A stretch of 64,000 bases of DNA from Octopus vulgaris (taxonomy: Eukaryota). Shown in pieces: positions 39,099 to 52,987 of the stretch. Numbering within the stretch: position 1 is the first letter of the stretch; each line of letters begins with the position of its first letter. The position numbers and the translations under genes are program-made. Below the pieces are notes generated by a model that was not told where the DNA came from, did no database searches, and saw nothing but the letters and a program-made list of their open reading frames with translations. The stretch is from assembly GCA_951406725.2 (NCBI GenBank), contig OX597834.1, positions 43,834,001 to 43,898,000 of the forward strand, read 5' to 3'.

Positions 39099-39601
39099 CG
39101 CTGCTACTGGTGCGGCTGTTTTTGTTGTTGTTGTTGTTGTTGTGGAAAAGAGGGTGTCATTTGTCTGAAAAACAATTAAATGTCAAAAATTATGCATTTG
39201 ACAAGAGAAATCGTCCGAACGTTGTTCAAACGCTGGCATTTATTGAAGCTTAGAGAAAGCAGGCCCCCATCGCCCCCACCGCCCCCCCCCCCAATCTCAC
39301 CCCCACGCCCCCACACACACACTCACCACCACGCTCGAAATCAATCCAATTTTAATTTAGTAATAGAACCATTATAGGAGCAGAGCGTCAAATAGATTGT
39401 GAGAATTCATTTACAATATTGTCGACTACTTTTAAAATAAATGATGTGTAAGCCGCTTTGATTTCCACTGTTGTAAGTAATAAAACATTCCGGCCTGGTC
39501 GGTGGCGCTCGTGTAGTTTTTCCTCCGCTGAAATAATCATTTTCTTAGTTCCCGCACTTCTATGGCAAACAAAGATGTCATTATTGCGATTACTACTACT
39601 A

Positions 39602-39680
<79 letters not shown>

Positions 39681-39730
39681 AGCTGCTGCTACTTCTGCTG
39701 CTGCTGTTGATGTTGTTGTTGCTGTTGTTA

Positions 39731-39945
39731 AGGCGGAGAGCTGGCTGAATCTTGAGCACGCTAGACAAAACGCTTAGCGGTATTTTGTCCATCGCTACGT
39801 TCTGAGTTCAAATTCTGTCGAGGTGTATTTTGCCTTTCATCCTTTAGGGAATAGGTAAAATAAGTACCAGTTGCGTACTGCGTTCGATCTACTCGACTGG
39901 CCCCCACCCCAAAAATTTCAAGCCTTGTGCCTAGAGTATCAAAGT
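39731..39945 (+). mobile_element. SINE family B, alternative tail
   Basis: aggcggagagctggctgaatc...cgttctgagttcaaattctg...gcctttcatcc...taagtaccag...cccaaaaatttcaagccttgtgcctagagta. Confidence 0.8.
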
Positions 39946-39989
39946 TTGTTATCATTATTATTATTATTATAATGATTATTATTATTATG

Positions 39990-40057
<68 letters not shown>

Positions 40058-40397
40058 CAATTATTTTTATTTATTTATTGTTTTTGATTGTTGTTTTTTG
40101 TTTTTTCTTGTTTTCGTGATATTCTTACCATCATGTTATATTTCTTGCTATACGTTGGCTAAACTTAATTTCGAAACTCTGTCATGTGTTTTCCAAGAAT
40201 TCAAAAAATGTTCCGAGAATCCTTTCTACGGAAGGAAATGACAGGTTGATTGCTTCTTTGTTGTTTGTTGTTGTCGTTTTGGTGTTTAACTCCAGGTTGG
40301 CCTTGATGAAACTTTGAAATCGCCACCAGCTTTTACTTCTGAATGTCAGCAACTACACCGGACAGTGGCTATTCCTTTAATAAAATAGCAACGATAT

Positions 40398-40572
40398 AGG
40401 CGCAGGAGTGGCTGTATGGTAAGTAGCTTGCTCACCAACCACATGGTTTCGGGTCCAGTCCCACTGCGTGGCACCTTGGGCAAGTGTCTTCTATCACAGC
40501 CTCGGGCCGATCAAAGCCTTGTAAGTGGATTTGGTCGACGGAAACTGAAAGAAGCCCATCGTATACATGTAC

Positions 40573-40620
<48 letters not shown>

Positions 40621-40866
40621 ATGTGTGTGTATATGTATGCATGTTTGTGTATATATGTTTGTGTGTGTGTGTTTGTCCCTCCAACTTCACTTGACAACCG
40701 ATGCTGGTGTGTTTACGTCCCTGTAACTTAGCGGTTCGGCAAAGGAGCCCGATAGAATAAGTATTATGTTTACAAATAATAAGTCCTGGGGTCGATTTGA
40801 TCGACTAAAAGGCGGTGCTCCAGCATGGCTACAGTCAAATGACTGAAACAAGTAAAAGAGTAAAAG
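40398..40866 (+). mobile_element. SINE family A, full length
   Basis: Colinear with 5768-6202 and 42035-42470. Confidence 0.9.
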
Positions 40867-40872
40867 ACAAGT

Positions 40873-40983
<111 letters not shown>

Positions 40984-41344
40984 GCTGTTATTTCTAGCCG
41001 GCAATGTGTCCAAGTATCTCGTTAATACAATCGTGAATTCGAAAAGGCGAAATAGAGAAAGACAAGTCACTCATAATTGGAAACTGACAATATTGATTAC
41101 GTATAATAATAGAGAAAAACTTGGGAGGGAGAGGAAGGGTAAGAGAGAGAGGATGGATTTATATATACATATATATGTGTGTGTGCGTATATATATATAT
41201 ATATACATATATACAATAGACAGACAGAGAAACAAGTGACAGGGAAGAAAGGTGTTTGTTAAACGAACACAAATAGTTAAGTCTTAGTTGATTGCCTAAA
41301 TCACTGAGTACTTGTGTGTGTGTGTCTGTGTGTCTGTGTGTGTG

Positions 41345-41390
<46 letters not shown>

Positions 41391-41480
41391 TGTGTATCCT
41401 CATTGCTTACGCCCATGTGATTACGAATGGATGTATGAGTGCGTGCATTGGTCTTACACGGTTTGCTTACGTGAATATGA

Positions 41481-41522
<42 letters not shown>

Positions 41523-41716
41523 GAAGAAAGGAATTTGTCCTGATAAATATCGTTTGTCTTGAGTGGTTGATTGAGGGAAATGGTAGGAGGAATAGGAATG
41601 ACATCTGCGTCGAGGAAGCAAGGGAGCGAACGGGGAAAGACGGAGAAGGAAAAACGTAAGCGTTGACAGATTGACATTGAACGATGGCTACAGGGAGGGG
41701 AATGAAAAAGAAAATG

Positions 41717-41802
41717 AAGGAGAGGTAGTCTGGAATAAACACACACATACATACACACAAGCGTGTGTGTGGGGGGGGGGTTATTCCAGACTACCTCTCC
41801 TT
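41717..41802. repeat. Perfect 22-bp inverted repeat
   Basis: AAGGAGAGGTAGTCTGGAATAA (41717-41738) / TTATTCCAGACTACCTCTCCTT (41781-41802). Confidence 0.95.
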
Positions 41803-42034
41803 AGTTTCCTTTTCTCTCTATATATTTAACTTGCTTCAATCACTTGTCTCCGGCCATGCTGGGGCACTACCTTGATGGGTTTTTAGTCAAACAAATCGAC
41901 TCCAGGACTTATTTTTGAAGCCTAGAACTTATTCTATCAATCACTTTTTGCCGAACCGCTATATTATGGAGACGTAAACACATCAACACCGTTTATCAAA
42001 CGGTATGTGTATATAGGTGTGTGTATATATACAC

Positions 42035-42206
42035 AGGCGCAGGAGTGGCTGTGTAATAAGTAGCTTGCTAACCAGCCACATGGTTCCGGGTTCAGTCCCA
42101 CTGCGTGGCATCTTGGGCAAGTGTCTTCTGCTATAGCCCCAGGCCAACCAATGCCTTGTGAGTGGATTTGGTAGACAGAAACTGAAAGAAGCCTGTCGTA
42201 TATATG

Positions 42207-42275
<69 letters not shown>

Positions 42276-42470
42276 TTGTCCCCCTAGCTTTGCTTGACAA
42301 CCGATGCTGGTGTGTTTACGTCCCCGTAACCTAGCGGTTCGCCAAAAGAAACCGATAGAATAACTACTAAGCTTACAAAGAATAAGTCCTGGGGTCGATT
42401 TGCTCGACTAAAGGCGGTGCTCCAGCATGGCCACAGTCAAATGACTGAAACAAATAAAAGAGAGTAAGAG
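42035..42470 (+). mobile_element. SINE family A, full length, young
   Basis: Very few differences from 5768-6202. Confidence 0.9.
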
Positions 42471-42993
42471 TATATATATATATATATATACACACACATA
42501 CATACATATACATACATACATATATACATACATGTATACGTACACACCTACATGCATGTCTACATATATGTATGTCTGTATATATGTGTGTGTGTGAGGA
42601 CAAAGACCGAGAGAGAATTTGGAGACAGACTTAGATCGTGAACAACCACCATGACCCCCACCACTCATTTTTCTGCCCCCTTTCTCTCGCTTTCTCTCTC
42701 CCCCATCTCTCTCTCTCTCCTTTCTCACCTATTTTATCTTCCTCTCCGCATGTGTGTTTGTGTGTATCCCATTCCTGCCCTCTTCCTCCTCCTTCTCCCG
42801 TTCCTATGCCTCTCCATCTTCATCCTCCTCTCCCTCTTCCTCCCCTCCTTGCTCTCCTATTTTCATCCACCCCCTTCCCCTGTACAAACTCATTATTGTC
42901 CGCCAAGACTTTCTGTCCGCCATTAATTCTTGCTGAATAAATTATTAGAATAATGTTTCTCCCGGGAGATTAACGTCATATACGAAACACCAT

Positions 42994-43070
<77 letters not shown>

Positions 43071-44494
43071 ACTACTACTACTACTACTACTGCTGCTGCT
43101 ACTGCTGCTGCTGCTGCTACTACTACTACTACAACGACGACCAAAATAACATCGTAAATTACATCAGTAACTTGAAAACAAACAAGAATTTTGGGACAGC
43201 AACAACAGCAACAACAACGAAGTGAAAAAAAGTAGGATTTAGAGGTGGTTCGACCAGCTAAAAATGGCAGCTGAGTTTCCTTATAGTCTCTGGGTCCTGT
43301 CTTTAAAAGCAGTTGGTGCTTCATAGTAAGTTGTGTAATATATGTGCTAGAGACAATAACTGGTAAATGAAATAGAAGGGGGTGGTCGTGGTTGGGAGGC
43401 TTTTGAGTACCGGTCTGGTCAGTCGGAGTAGAGCTTGATCGAAGACGACTGTGTCGGCAGAAACGTCGTCTGTGGTGTTATTATGATCAACAACAACAAT
43501 AACAACAACAACAACAACAACAGCAGCAACCAGAACAAGAATGACAACAACACCAGCTGCAGATGCAACAACAGTAACAACAACAACAGCAGCACCAGCA
43601 ACAGCAGTAGCACCAGTGATATCCTCCTCTTCCTCTTCATCTTCCTACTCCTCATCATCATCATCATCACCATCATCTTTGATAATGTCAAAAACAACAG
43701 CAGAATGAACAATAAAATTATCACTGACAACAAAATGAAGAAGAAGAAGAAGAAGAAGAAGAAGAAGAAGAAGAAGAAGAAGAAGAAGAAGAAGAAGAAG
43801 AAGAAGAAGAAGAAGAAGAAGAGGAGCAGCAACAACAACTACAACAACAGCAAATACAGCCGCAACGGCAGCAACATCAGCAGCAGCAGTAACAAGACCA
43901 GTAGAAGAGCAATAACAACAATAACAAAAAAACTCCAACTACAGCCGCAGCAGCGACATCAGCAACAGCAACTTCAACGAGGACAATACCAACAACTGAA
44001 ATCACGAAAATCACAACAACACCAACAACAACAACGACGACGCCGCCGCCATTGGTTGCGTCAGTTCCATCAATGATGGCGAAATGCTTGTTTACACTTC
44101 GTTCCTTTTCACCTTTTATTTGTAGTTTTTTTTGCTTTCTTTTGACCGAGTTCCAGCTGTAAAGAATCCTCGGCGCGGAGATTGCCAAGAGATGGCCATA
44201 AAACAGCGGCGTTGGGTTTGGCGTTGCTGTTGTTATTGCTGCTGCTGCTGCTTCTATTGTTGTTGTTGTCGTTGTTGTTCCTGCTGCTGTTGTTTTTGCT
44301 GCAGTTGTTATTGTTGCTGTTGCTGTTGCTGCTGTCATCGTTGCTGATATTGTTCCTGTTGTTGCTGTTGACGGTGTTGTCAATTTTGGTCCTGCTGCTG
44401 CTGCTGTTGTTGTTGATATTGTTCCTGCTGCTGCTGTTATTACTGTTATAAATAGCAGTTAAATGCCCTTCAATCCACGACCTATCGTCTAAAC

Positions 44495-44695
44495 CAGTGG
44501 TTTTCAACCAGGGTTCCGCCAGTACAGTCCAGAGGTTCCGCAAGAAGTTACCAAACTGCTAAAATCGGCAGTAATTTTTAATTCTCCTGTGCAGATATGT
44601 GTACATAAGACTATTAAATTATTGCACAGGGGTTCCTCGAGCCAGTGGAATGTTTCCTTGGGGTTCCGCTCCAGCAAAAAGTTTGAAAAGCACTG
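44495..44695. mobile_element. hAT (Buster/Charlie-type) MITE
   Basis: TIRs CAGTGGTTTTCAA / TTGAAAAGCACTG; perfect 8-bp TSD GTCTAAAC (44487-44494, 44696-44703) with central TA; repeated GGGTTCC subterminal motifs. Confidence 0.92.
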
Positions 44696-44703
44696 GTCTA
44701 AAC

Positions 44704-45029
44704 CATCGGCTTTCAACCATTTTATTCACGATCCCTTTTGATTACTATATTACGGTGGAACCACTATATGTACCGGACCATAATGATTCGGTGTTTAAAA
44801 GCTAGTTTTATAGATACTTCTTTCAAAATTCCTGAAGGCTGATCAAAATTCCTAAACGTCAGAAAAAGGAACCGAGCCGTTTCTTGCAATAAATACATCT
44901 AAGTACAACATTTTTCTTGGACCCTTAAAATATTTCTATTTAACTTTAATTTACACTTTGGCCCGCGTAGACCCCACCACACCGGAAACCTTAAATGGAC
45001 GTCATGTGGATTCCTATTGAGAAGCACCG
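44704..45029. mobile_element. Older hAT MITE abutting the first
   Basis: Decayed TIRs CATCGGCTTTCAA / TTGAGAAGCACCG; flanks GTCTAAAC and GTCTAAAA (45030-45037). Confidence 0.7.
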
Positions 45030-45176
45030 GTCTAAAACATAGGATTGTTATACTATGATCCCACGTATTGTGTGCCTGAAAAGAAAGCTGGGATGGTCAT
45101 GGTGGGAACGCCATTGATTCTATGTAAGTTTAGTCAGAGTTAAATAACAACAGCAACTGCTACTGCTGCGCTGCTG

Positions 45177-45208
<32 letters not shown>

Positions 45209-45610
45209 TATCAACGACAGCGTCTACTTGATCAGACTCTGAATCTTTATTGGATATGTTCGAGGCTTTCAGCGTTCAACTGATCTTCGAGAACAACAAT
45301 TAACACGTACCTGCAAAGGGAGAGAACTCGCTATTAAAAGGTATTAACATCACGGCAGCTGTTACCACGCAGGCTTGTTTAAAAGTGCAAAGGAAGGCCA
45401 AGGGTACTATCTACCCTCCACCCTACCCAACACACGTTTTCTTCACACTAATATAGACCGAAACATCAACCCAGATTAGGCACAGGATTTATTAATTGTT
45501 ACAACTTAATACCATAAGATAGAATTCGTACATATTAAATGTGTAGAGGGAGGCGCATACGTGGGTATATACACACACATGTATATATATAGATATAGAG
45601 AGAAAGAGAT

Positions 45611-45678
<68 letters not shown>

Positions 45679-45733
45679 TTTTCTCTTTTACTCTTTTACT
45701 TGTTTCAGTCAGTTGACTGCGGCCATGCTGGAG

Positions 45734-45784
<51 letters not shown>

Positions 45785-45993
45785 GTATATACATATGTGT
45801 ATACATATATATACACACACATATATATATACATATATATGTGTGTATATATATAGATATAGATATATACATATACATAAATATGTACATTTATGTATGT
45901 TTATATATATATATATCTATATATGTATGTATATACATATATATATCCATGTATATATCTATATATACGTTTGTATGTATGTATGTATGTATG

Positions 45994-46033
<40 letters not shown>

Positions 46034-46178
46034 CTACAAGTATTATTGAGAAGTAATATTGGTGAACACAAGTAAATATATAATTACAGAGTTGTAGCTA
46101 GATGTTTAGCCTTGCTTGGTGTATAATATTAACTGATATGGACAAGAAGAGACGAATTTACTACATATACATGCATAC

Positions 46179-46211
<33 letters not shown>

Positions 46212-46997
46212 CAGAGAGAGAGAGAGTAAATAATAAGTCCCCCAAATAGCAAAATTGTATAATATCAATTTAATTATGTGTAGGATCCTTTGGGATGGCG
46301 ATAGCTGAGATCTTGTTGTCTTGTCTGTAATTACAGAATATAAGAAAACGATTTATGTGCTGATATATATTAAAAAGAAGAGGAAATAAACTTCAGAGCA
46401 TTAATTAAATAAGTGGAAGATAATATATAAAGAGAGAGAGAAAAGAAATAATAAGCAAATACATGTGGAGACTAAATCAAGGAATAGGTAAATATATGTA
46501 CACGGAATATGGGTGGGTGTGTGTGTGAGAGAGAGTGTGAGAGAGAGAGAGTTGTGTGTGTGTGAGTATATATATGTATATATATGTGCGTGTGTGTGTA
46601 TCTATTCTGTATACATATATGTATGTATATATCTATGTATGTTTATAAATAAATATATATATATGTATTTATGCATGTGTATACGTATATTTGTATATAT
46701 AGCTGGATGGATGAATATATATATATATATATTCTATTATTCCTTTACTTGTTTCAGTCATTTGACTGGGAACATGCTGGAGCACTACTTCTAGTCGAAC
46801 AAATCAACCCAGGACCTATTCTTTGTCAGCCTAGTACTTATTCTATCGGTCACATTTCCCGAACCGCTAAGTTACGGGGACGTAAACGCACCAGCACCGT
46901 TTACTAGTGATGTTGCGAGGACAAACACAGAAAGACAAACACACACACACATACATATAATACATATATACATATATACATATATATTTTTTTAAAA

Positions 46998-47295
46998 TTT
47001 TATCTAGTTTCAGCTCACGAGCTGTGGCCATGATGGGGCACCGCCATTTGGTGTTGCTACATAATTTTACTTCACGAATGCTTTTTAGCAATTGCCATTT
47101 GGTGCATGAGAGAGTTCGATGCAGCTGCCCTCATCTGCACCTCTTGCCGTGAACTTGGTTCATCTGGGACACCTGACAGGAAGAGATCCAGTTTTATTTT
47201 AAAGACATCTGCGTCCACCCCATGCAGGTCTCTCAGGTTCTTCGGGAGGATATTGAAGAGCTGTGGGCCTCTGAAGCCCAGGCTATCACAGTATC
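46998..47295 (-). mobile_element. CR1/L2-group LINE 3' end (ORF2 C-terminus + 3' UTR)
   Basis: Minus-strand YCDSLGFRGPQLFNILPKNLRDLHGVDADVFKIKLDLFLSGVPDEPSSRQEVQMRAAASNSLMHQMAIAKKHS* (stop at 47072); FN.LP...FK..LD motif. Confidence 0.85.
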
Positions 47296-47302
47296 ATGTG
47301 AT

Positions 47303-47363
<61 letters not shown>

Positions 47364-47374
47364 GAGAGAGAGAG

Positions 47375-47463
<89 letters not shown>

Positions 47464-47464
47464 C

Positions 47465-47627
47465 AACGGGTTTCTTTTAGTTTCCGTTTACCAAATGCAC
47501 TCACAAGGCTTTGGTTGGGCCGAGCCTATAGCAAAAGACACTTGCCCAAGGTGCTACGTGCCCAAGGTATCACGCAGTGAACTCGGAACCATGTGGTTAG
47601 TAAGCAAGCTACTTACCACACAGCCAC
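47465..47627 (-). mobile_element. SINE family A, 5' half
   Basis: agtttccgtttaccaaat.cactcacaaggctttgg...ggaaccatgtggttagtaagcaagctacttaccacacagccact. Confidence 0.85.
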
Positions 47628-48413
47628 TTCATATATATATATATGTGTGTGTATATTTATGTATGCATGTAAATATATATATTAAATGTATACGTATGTA
47701 TGTAGATATATACATCATATAAATACATATGTATGTATGTATGTATGTATGTAATTCCGCCTTTCATTCTTCGTGCTTTCGGAGTGCACAAAGTACAAAG
47801 CTGCAAAGCCAAGCTTTCATACACAATATTCCACTTAGAAAAGAAAAAAAAAATCTGCATATAAATGAGCTGTTTAATTAGTGAAGTGACATTCCCTCTT
47901 CCCTACCTGGTGCCTCTCTAAAAGCAATATCCATCAACGAACTGACCATGCGTGACAATATGGAGAACATTTTCATCAGTCAAATTTAGCAGTGGAAAAA
48001 GGATAAGGACACGAGGCAGGGAAAGTGAAAGTAGAGAGAGCGAGAAAGAGAGAGAGGGACGGAGAGAGGAGAAAAAATCTCATCAGATCGAACAAATGTT
48101 AATGTGTGTAGATAACAAAGGCTTGTTTAATATTTTATCACCAGTTAACATTACAATGCCAGCATATTGCCTCGTATGTTCATGGGAAAAACGAAAAACG
48201 ATGCACGCTACCCTGATTGTCTTGCTGTTTGTTTATGGTCGGTGGGTTTCGGGGTATGTTTCTACTTCTTTGTTTTTTGGTTTGTTTGTAGTTTAGGGTG
48301 GGGTTTTTTTTTGTTTGTATCTTTTTTTTTGTGAGGGGTTGGATGAAGACAGGGATTCTGTGTGCATGCGTATATGATACATACATATATATATATATGT
48401 ATATATATATATG

Positions 48414-48444
<31 letters not shown>

Positions 48445-48522
48445 CTGTGTGTATATGCATGTTTGTATACATAGTAGCATGTGCTTGTGAGCATGTATAT
48501 GTATATATATATATTATATATA

Positions 48523-48555
<33 letters not shown>

Positions 48556-48560
48556 GTATA

Positions 48561-48598
<38 letters not shown>

Positions 48599-49437
48599 TA
48601 TACATATATATACATATATATACATATATATACATATATATACATATATATAAATATATATAAATATATATATATATATGCCCACAAGCACATACATATA
48701 TATGTGTATTTATGTGTGTGTAACTACATACACATAAATACACATATATATAAATATATAATGATATGTAATACACGTGTCTGTATATACATGTGTGTGT
48801 GTGAGTGTGTGTGTGTGTGTGAGTGTGTGTGAGTGTGTGTGTGTGAGTGTGTGTGTGTGAGTGTGTGTGTATGTGAGTGTGTGTGTGTGAGTGTGTGTGT
48901 ATGTGAGTGTGTGTGTGTGAGTGTGTGTGTATGTGAGTGTGTGTGAGTGTGTGTGTACATACTATTTATTTCGATATATTATTAATATGCACATATACAA
49001 ACACATTTACATGTTTATGTGACTATACATGTATATCTGATGCATACATGTACTCACACGCACACACACATACACACACGCACATATTAATGCATATGTA
49101 AGTGCGCGTGTGCGTGTGTAGACTTGTATTTATGTTTCTCTCCGCCCATTCTTCTTCCATTTGTTCATGCAGAAGAAGGAAGATGTCGTTTATGCCTTAC
49201 GATCGTTGCTAATAGCTGAGGGCTTTTTTTCTATTCTGTGGTACGTATTTACAGCTGAGTGGACTTAGTTGACAATTCGAGAGTTTGTATTTTAGCAACG
49301 GATACATTGCTGTAACAGTGGGGTTGTCAAGTAACCCCACTTTGTGGGTACAGGGGTCTGCGAAAAGTTAGGTACCCAGCTAAGCTTTAAATCATGTCTC
49401 GCCGTATGCGGTGTGCTGAAAAATATTTGAATATTTA

Positions 49438-49689
49438 GATGTGTGGTAAGTAGCTTGCTTTCCAAACACATGGTTCCGGGTTCAGTCCCACTGCGTGGCC
49501 CCTTCGGAAAGTCTCTTCTACCGTAGCCTCGGGCCAACCAAAGCCTTGTGAGCGGATTTGGTAGACAGAAGCCCGTCGTGTGCATGTGCGTGTGTATGTG
49601 TGTGTGTATCTGTTTTTGTTTCCCCACCAACGCTTGACAACCGATGCTGAGGTGTTTACGTCCCCGTTACCTAGCGGTTCGGCAAAAGA
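49438..49689 (+). mobile_element. SINE family A, 3'-truncated at the adjacent foldback element
   Basis: Head and internal microsatellite present; sequence breaks after cggttcggcaaaaga. Confidence 0.85.
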
Positions 49690-49695
49690 TATATA

Positions 49696-50081
49696 GAATT
49701 TGAATGACAGAAGTTGATAGTTATTACCACAAGATGTGCTGCGATTGGTCGAGGAAGGTCACGTGGTGTCGTGGTTTGATGTTCGTATATGAGTAGCAGT
49801 TAGTTGAAAAACAGTGTTCTATATATATAGAACTATATACGTGCTCATGCTTCCCCTTCTTACTCCAATCCCAGCAATCTGACCTCTTTACTAATCACCA
49901 CGTGGTCTGTTTCCTGTCCACCACGTGATCAATTTCTTGTTCATTTTCTTGTTCGCCATGCGGTATTTTCCAACTGACCGTTAACAATATACCAACATCA
50001 AACCACGATACCACGTGACCTTCCTCGACGAGTCACAGACCACCGTACGGTAATAACAATGAACTTCTGTCATACAAATTC
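49696..50081. mobile_element. Foldback/MITE-like element with approx. 115-bp imperfect terminal inverted repeats
   Basis: 49696-49811 vs reverse complement of 49966-50081 (aatttg.atgacagaagtt.at.gttattacc...tcgaggaaggtcacgtggt.tcgtggtttgatgtt.gtatat). Confidence 0.85.
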
Positions 50082-50169
50082 GAAATGACTGACGATTAGC
50101 ATCACGCTTGAAACTCAAGAGTACAAATGAATTTGAATCAAACTGTTTTGATCCCCCCACACACACACA

Positions 50170-50227
<58 letters not shown>

Positions 50228-50747
50228 TGTGTGTATACATTACGTTCGTGTGTTTGCATGATTCTGTGTGTACCAACACTCAAATTCACATATGTATATA
50301 TGTGTTCGGTGTGAATGCATATATCTATTATAACGTGTATATATATATATATATATTAGCAGCTAAGCCCGGTTTCATCCAGTCTGTTTGGGTGATGCGG
50401 ATATGATCGTTTCCGGTTAGGTATAATCTATAACAGCGTTTGTCAACCTTATCATTTCGGGTCCCCTGTTTCGATTGGAGCTTCCAGCCATATGAAAATT
50501 TCCTGACCCCACCCCGTCAGAAAACAGCTTCTAAGCAACTGATTGTTTTAATGGCAGAAAGAGGGAAATTCCATTAGAAAAAGTTTTAATTGATTTTCTC
50601 GGTAATTATAGGGGTTTGGGGAAAAATTACAAACTGCATTCCAATCTATGCAGATGTGTGCCATTTTTCACCTGAATCCACCCAGCCATTTGGCTGTGAA
50701 CCTCAAGACAAGGAAGAGTACAATGATCGCCCATGTCCAATTTATAT

Positions 50748-50784
<37 letters not shown>

Positions 50785-50793
50785 ACATAAATA

Positions 50794-50905
<112 letters not shown>

Positions 50906-51435
50906 ATATGTATGAGAGAGATTGAGAGACAGAGCGTCAGACAGACAGATAGGTACATATATAGAGAGAGATGCATGTATATGTATACCCATACACACAC
51001 ACACACATATATATATACACCTCTACACACGCGTGCGCAAGCAAAGCTCCGCACCCACGAATCGCCGTTTCGGCGCTCTTCCTCTCCCACCCTCAGTCTC
51101 TCTGTCTCTCTGTCTCTCTCTCCCTCTCTCTCTCTCTCTCCTTCTGTCCTCTTTTACACACTCTACCATCAAGCAATTGATATATTAAATTGCACCAAAA
51201 TAACACAGAGCTTTCAACATTGACAAAAACAAAATTAAATATCAAAATAAAAGCAAAATTTAATAAAGCCGAAGTACTAAAAGGAAATGGTGACTGTACT
51301 AATGGTCTTTTATTTACTCACTTTTTGCCCCCCTCTTTCTCCCCATATATCTCTCTCTCTCTCACTCTTTCACTCTCTCTCTCTCAAGGCCTCTCTCCCA
51401 CACGCGCACTCTTTCCTCTCTTTCTCGTCTCTAAT

Positions 51436-51522
<87 letters not shown>

Positions 51523-51525
51523 TAT

Positions 51526-51568
<43 letters not shown>

Positions 51569-51651
51569 ATATATATATTATACATGTATATTATATGTAT
51601 ATTATATATATAATGTATATATTATATATATATACATATACATAGATAATA

Positions 51652-51695
<44 letters not shown>

Positions 51696-51871
51696 TAATG
51701 TATATATTATATATATATTTTATATATATACACGTTTATATAAAAATACATACACACACACATATATATATAAATACATACATATGCGTTAGATCGTGTG
51801 TGTGATATACCTATCATATACGTGAGAATATATACGTGTGTATGCGTGTATGTATATGTGTTTGTATGTGC

Positions 51872-51911
<40 letters not shown>

Positions 51912-52179
51912 GTGTGTGCGTATGTGTGTAAATGTGCACGCGTGCGTGTTTCCATTTCTGTTTTTTAAATCAGACTATTTTATAAAAAAAAGTCTTTTGC
52001 TTCCTTTCCGCTTCTGGCATTTTCTTTCTGCTTCTTTTATATCCTTGTTTCCTTTACTCAAAAGCCTCTCTCACTGGCTATCTGTCTGTCTGTCTGTCTA
52101 TCTGTCTATCTGTCTGTTTCTCTGTCTATCTGTCTACATATTAGTCTATCTTTCTGTCTAACTGTCTGTCTGCATATCT

Positions 52180-52386
52180 ATTTCTTTATTACCCACAAGG
52201 GGCTAAACATAGAGGGGTCAAACAAGGACAGACATAGGTATTAAGTCGATTACATCGACCCCGGTGTGTAACTGGTACTTAATTTATCGACCACCGAAAG
52301 GATGAAAGGCAAAGTCAACCTCGGCGGAATTTGAACTCAGAACGTAACGGCAGACGAAATACAGCTACGCATTTCGCCCGGCGTGC
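52180..52386 (-). mobile_element. SINE family B
   Basis: Reverse complement of 23815-24020. Confidence 0.88.
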
Positions 52387-52953
52387 TGTCTGTCCATCTA
52401 TCAGTCTTTTTGCCTATCTGTCTAACCATCTGTGTCTCTGTGTATCTCCCTCTCTGTCTGTCTGTCTGTCTCCTTTCCCCCCTCACTCTCCCTTTCTCCC
52501 TCTCCCTTCTTCGAATAATGTTTCTCTTCGTTCATTAAAAATGATATTGCCCGAAAAAGCACCATCTTTTCGCCAATGTCCTCATCCTTTGATGCTACCC
52601 ATCAGCGAAAGATATACGCAAGCGCAAGACAGACACACGCGTGGGCACTACCTACTTAGCAGCATATCTTTTATCTTTTAATTGCTCCAGTTATTTGATT
52701 ACGGCCATGCTGGGGTAGAGCACTTTTAGTCGAACTAATCGAGCATAGTACATAATTTCCTTTTTAAGCCCGGCAGTATTCTATCGGTCTCTTTTGCCGA
52801 ACCACTAAATTATGAGGACACCAACATGGGCTGTGAAGTGGTGGGGGGAACAACCACATACACATAAATATACATATATATTCTTTATGTTTGACCACTG
52901 AACTCAACAGGGTTTTTTTTTGTATTCTCCCTCAGTTTATTTTCTCTTATTCC

Positions 52954-52987
52954 TTTCTGCTGAAGTGCGTAGTCTCGAAACGTAAAA
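52954..52987 (+). ncRNA. Degenerate hammerhead motif (family with 54735 and 55499)
   Basis: TTT|CTGCTGA|A GTGC-GTAG-TCTC|GAAAC GTA|AAA. Confidence 0.55.

Noticed and set aside
44829-44864. CTGAAGG...TAAACGTC hammerhead-like string
   Set aside because: Both core boxes are mutated, stem II is poor, and it lies inside a hAT MITE.
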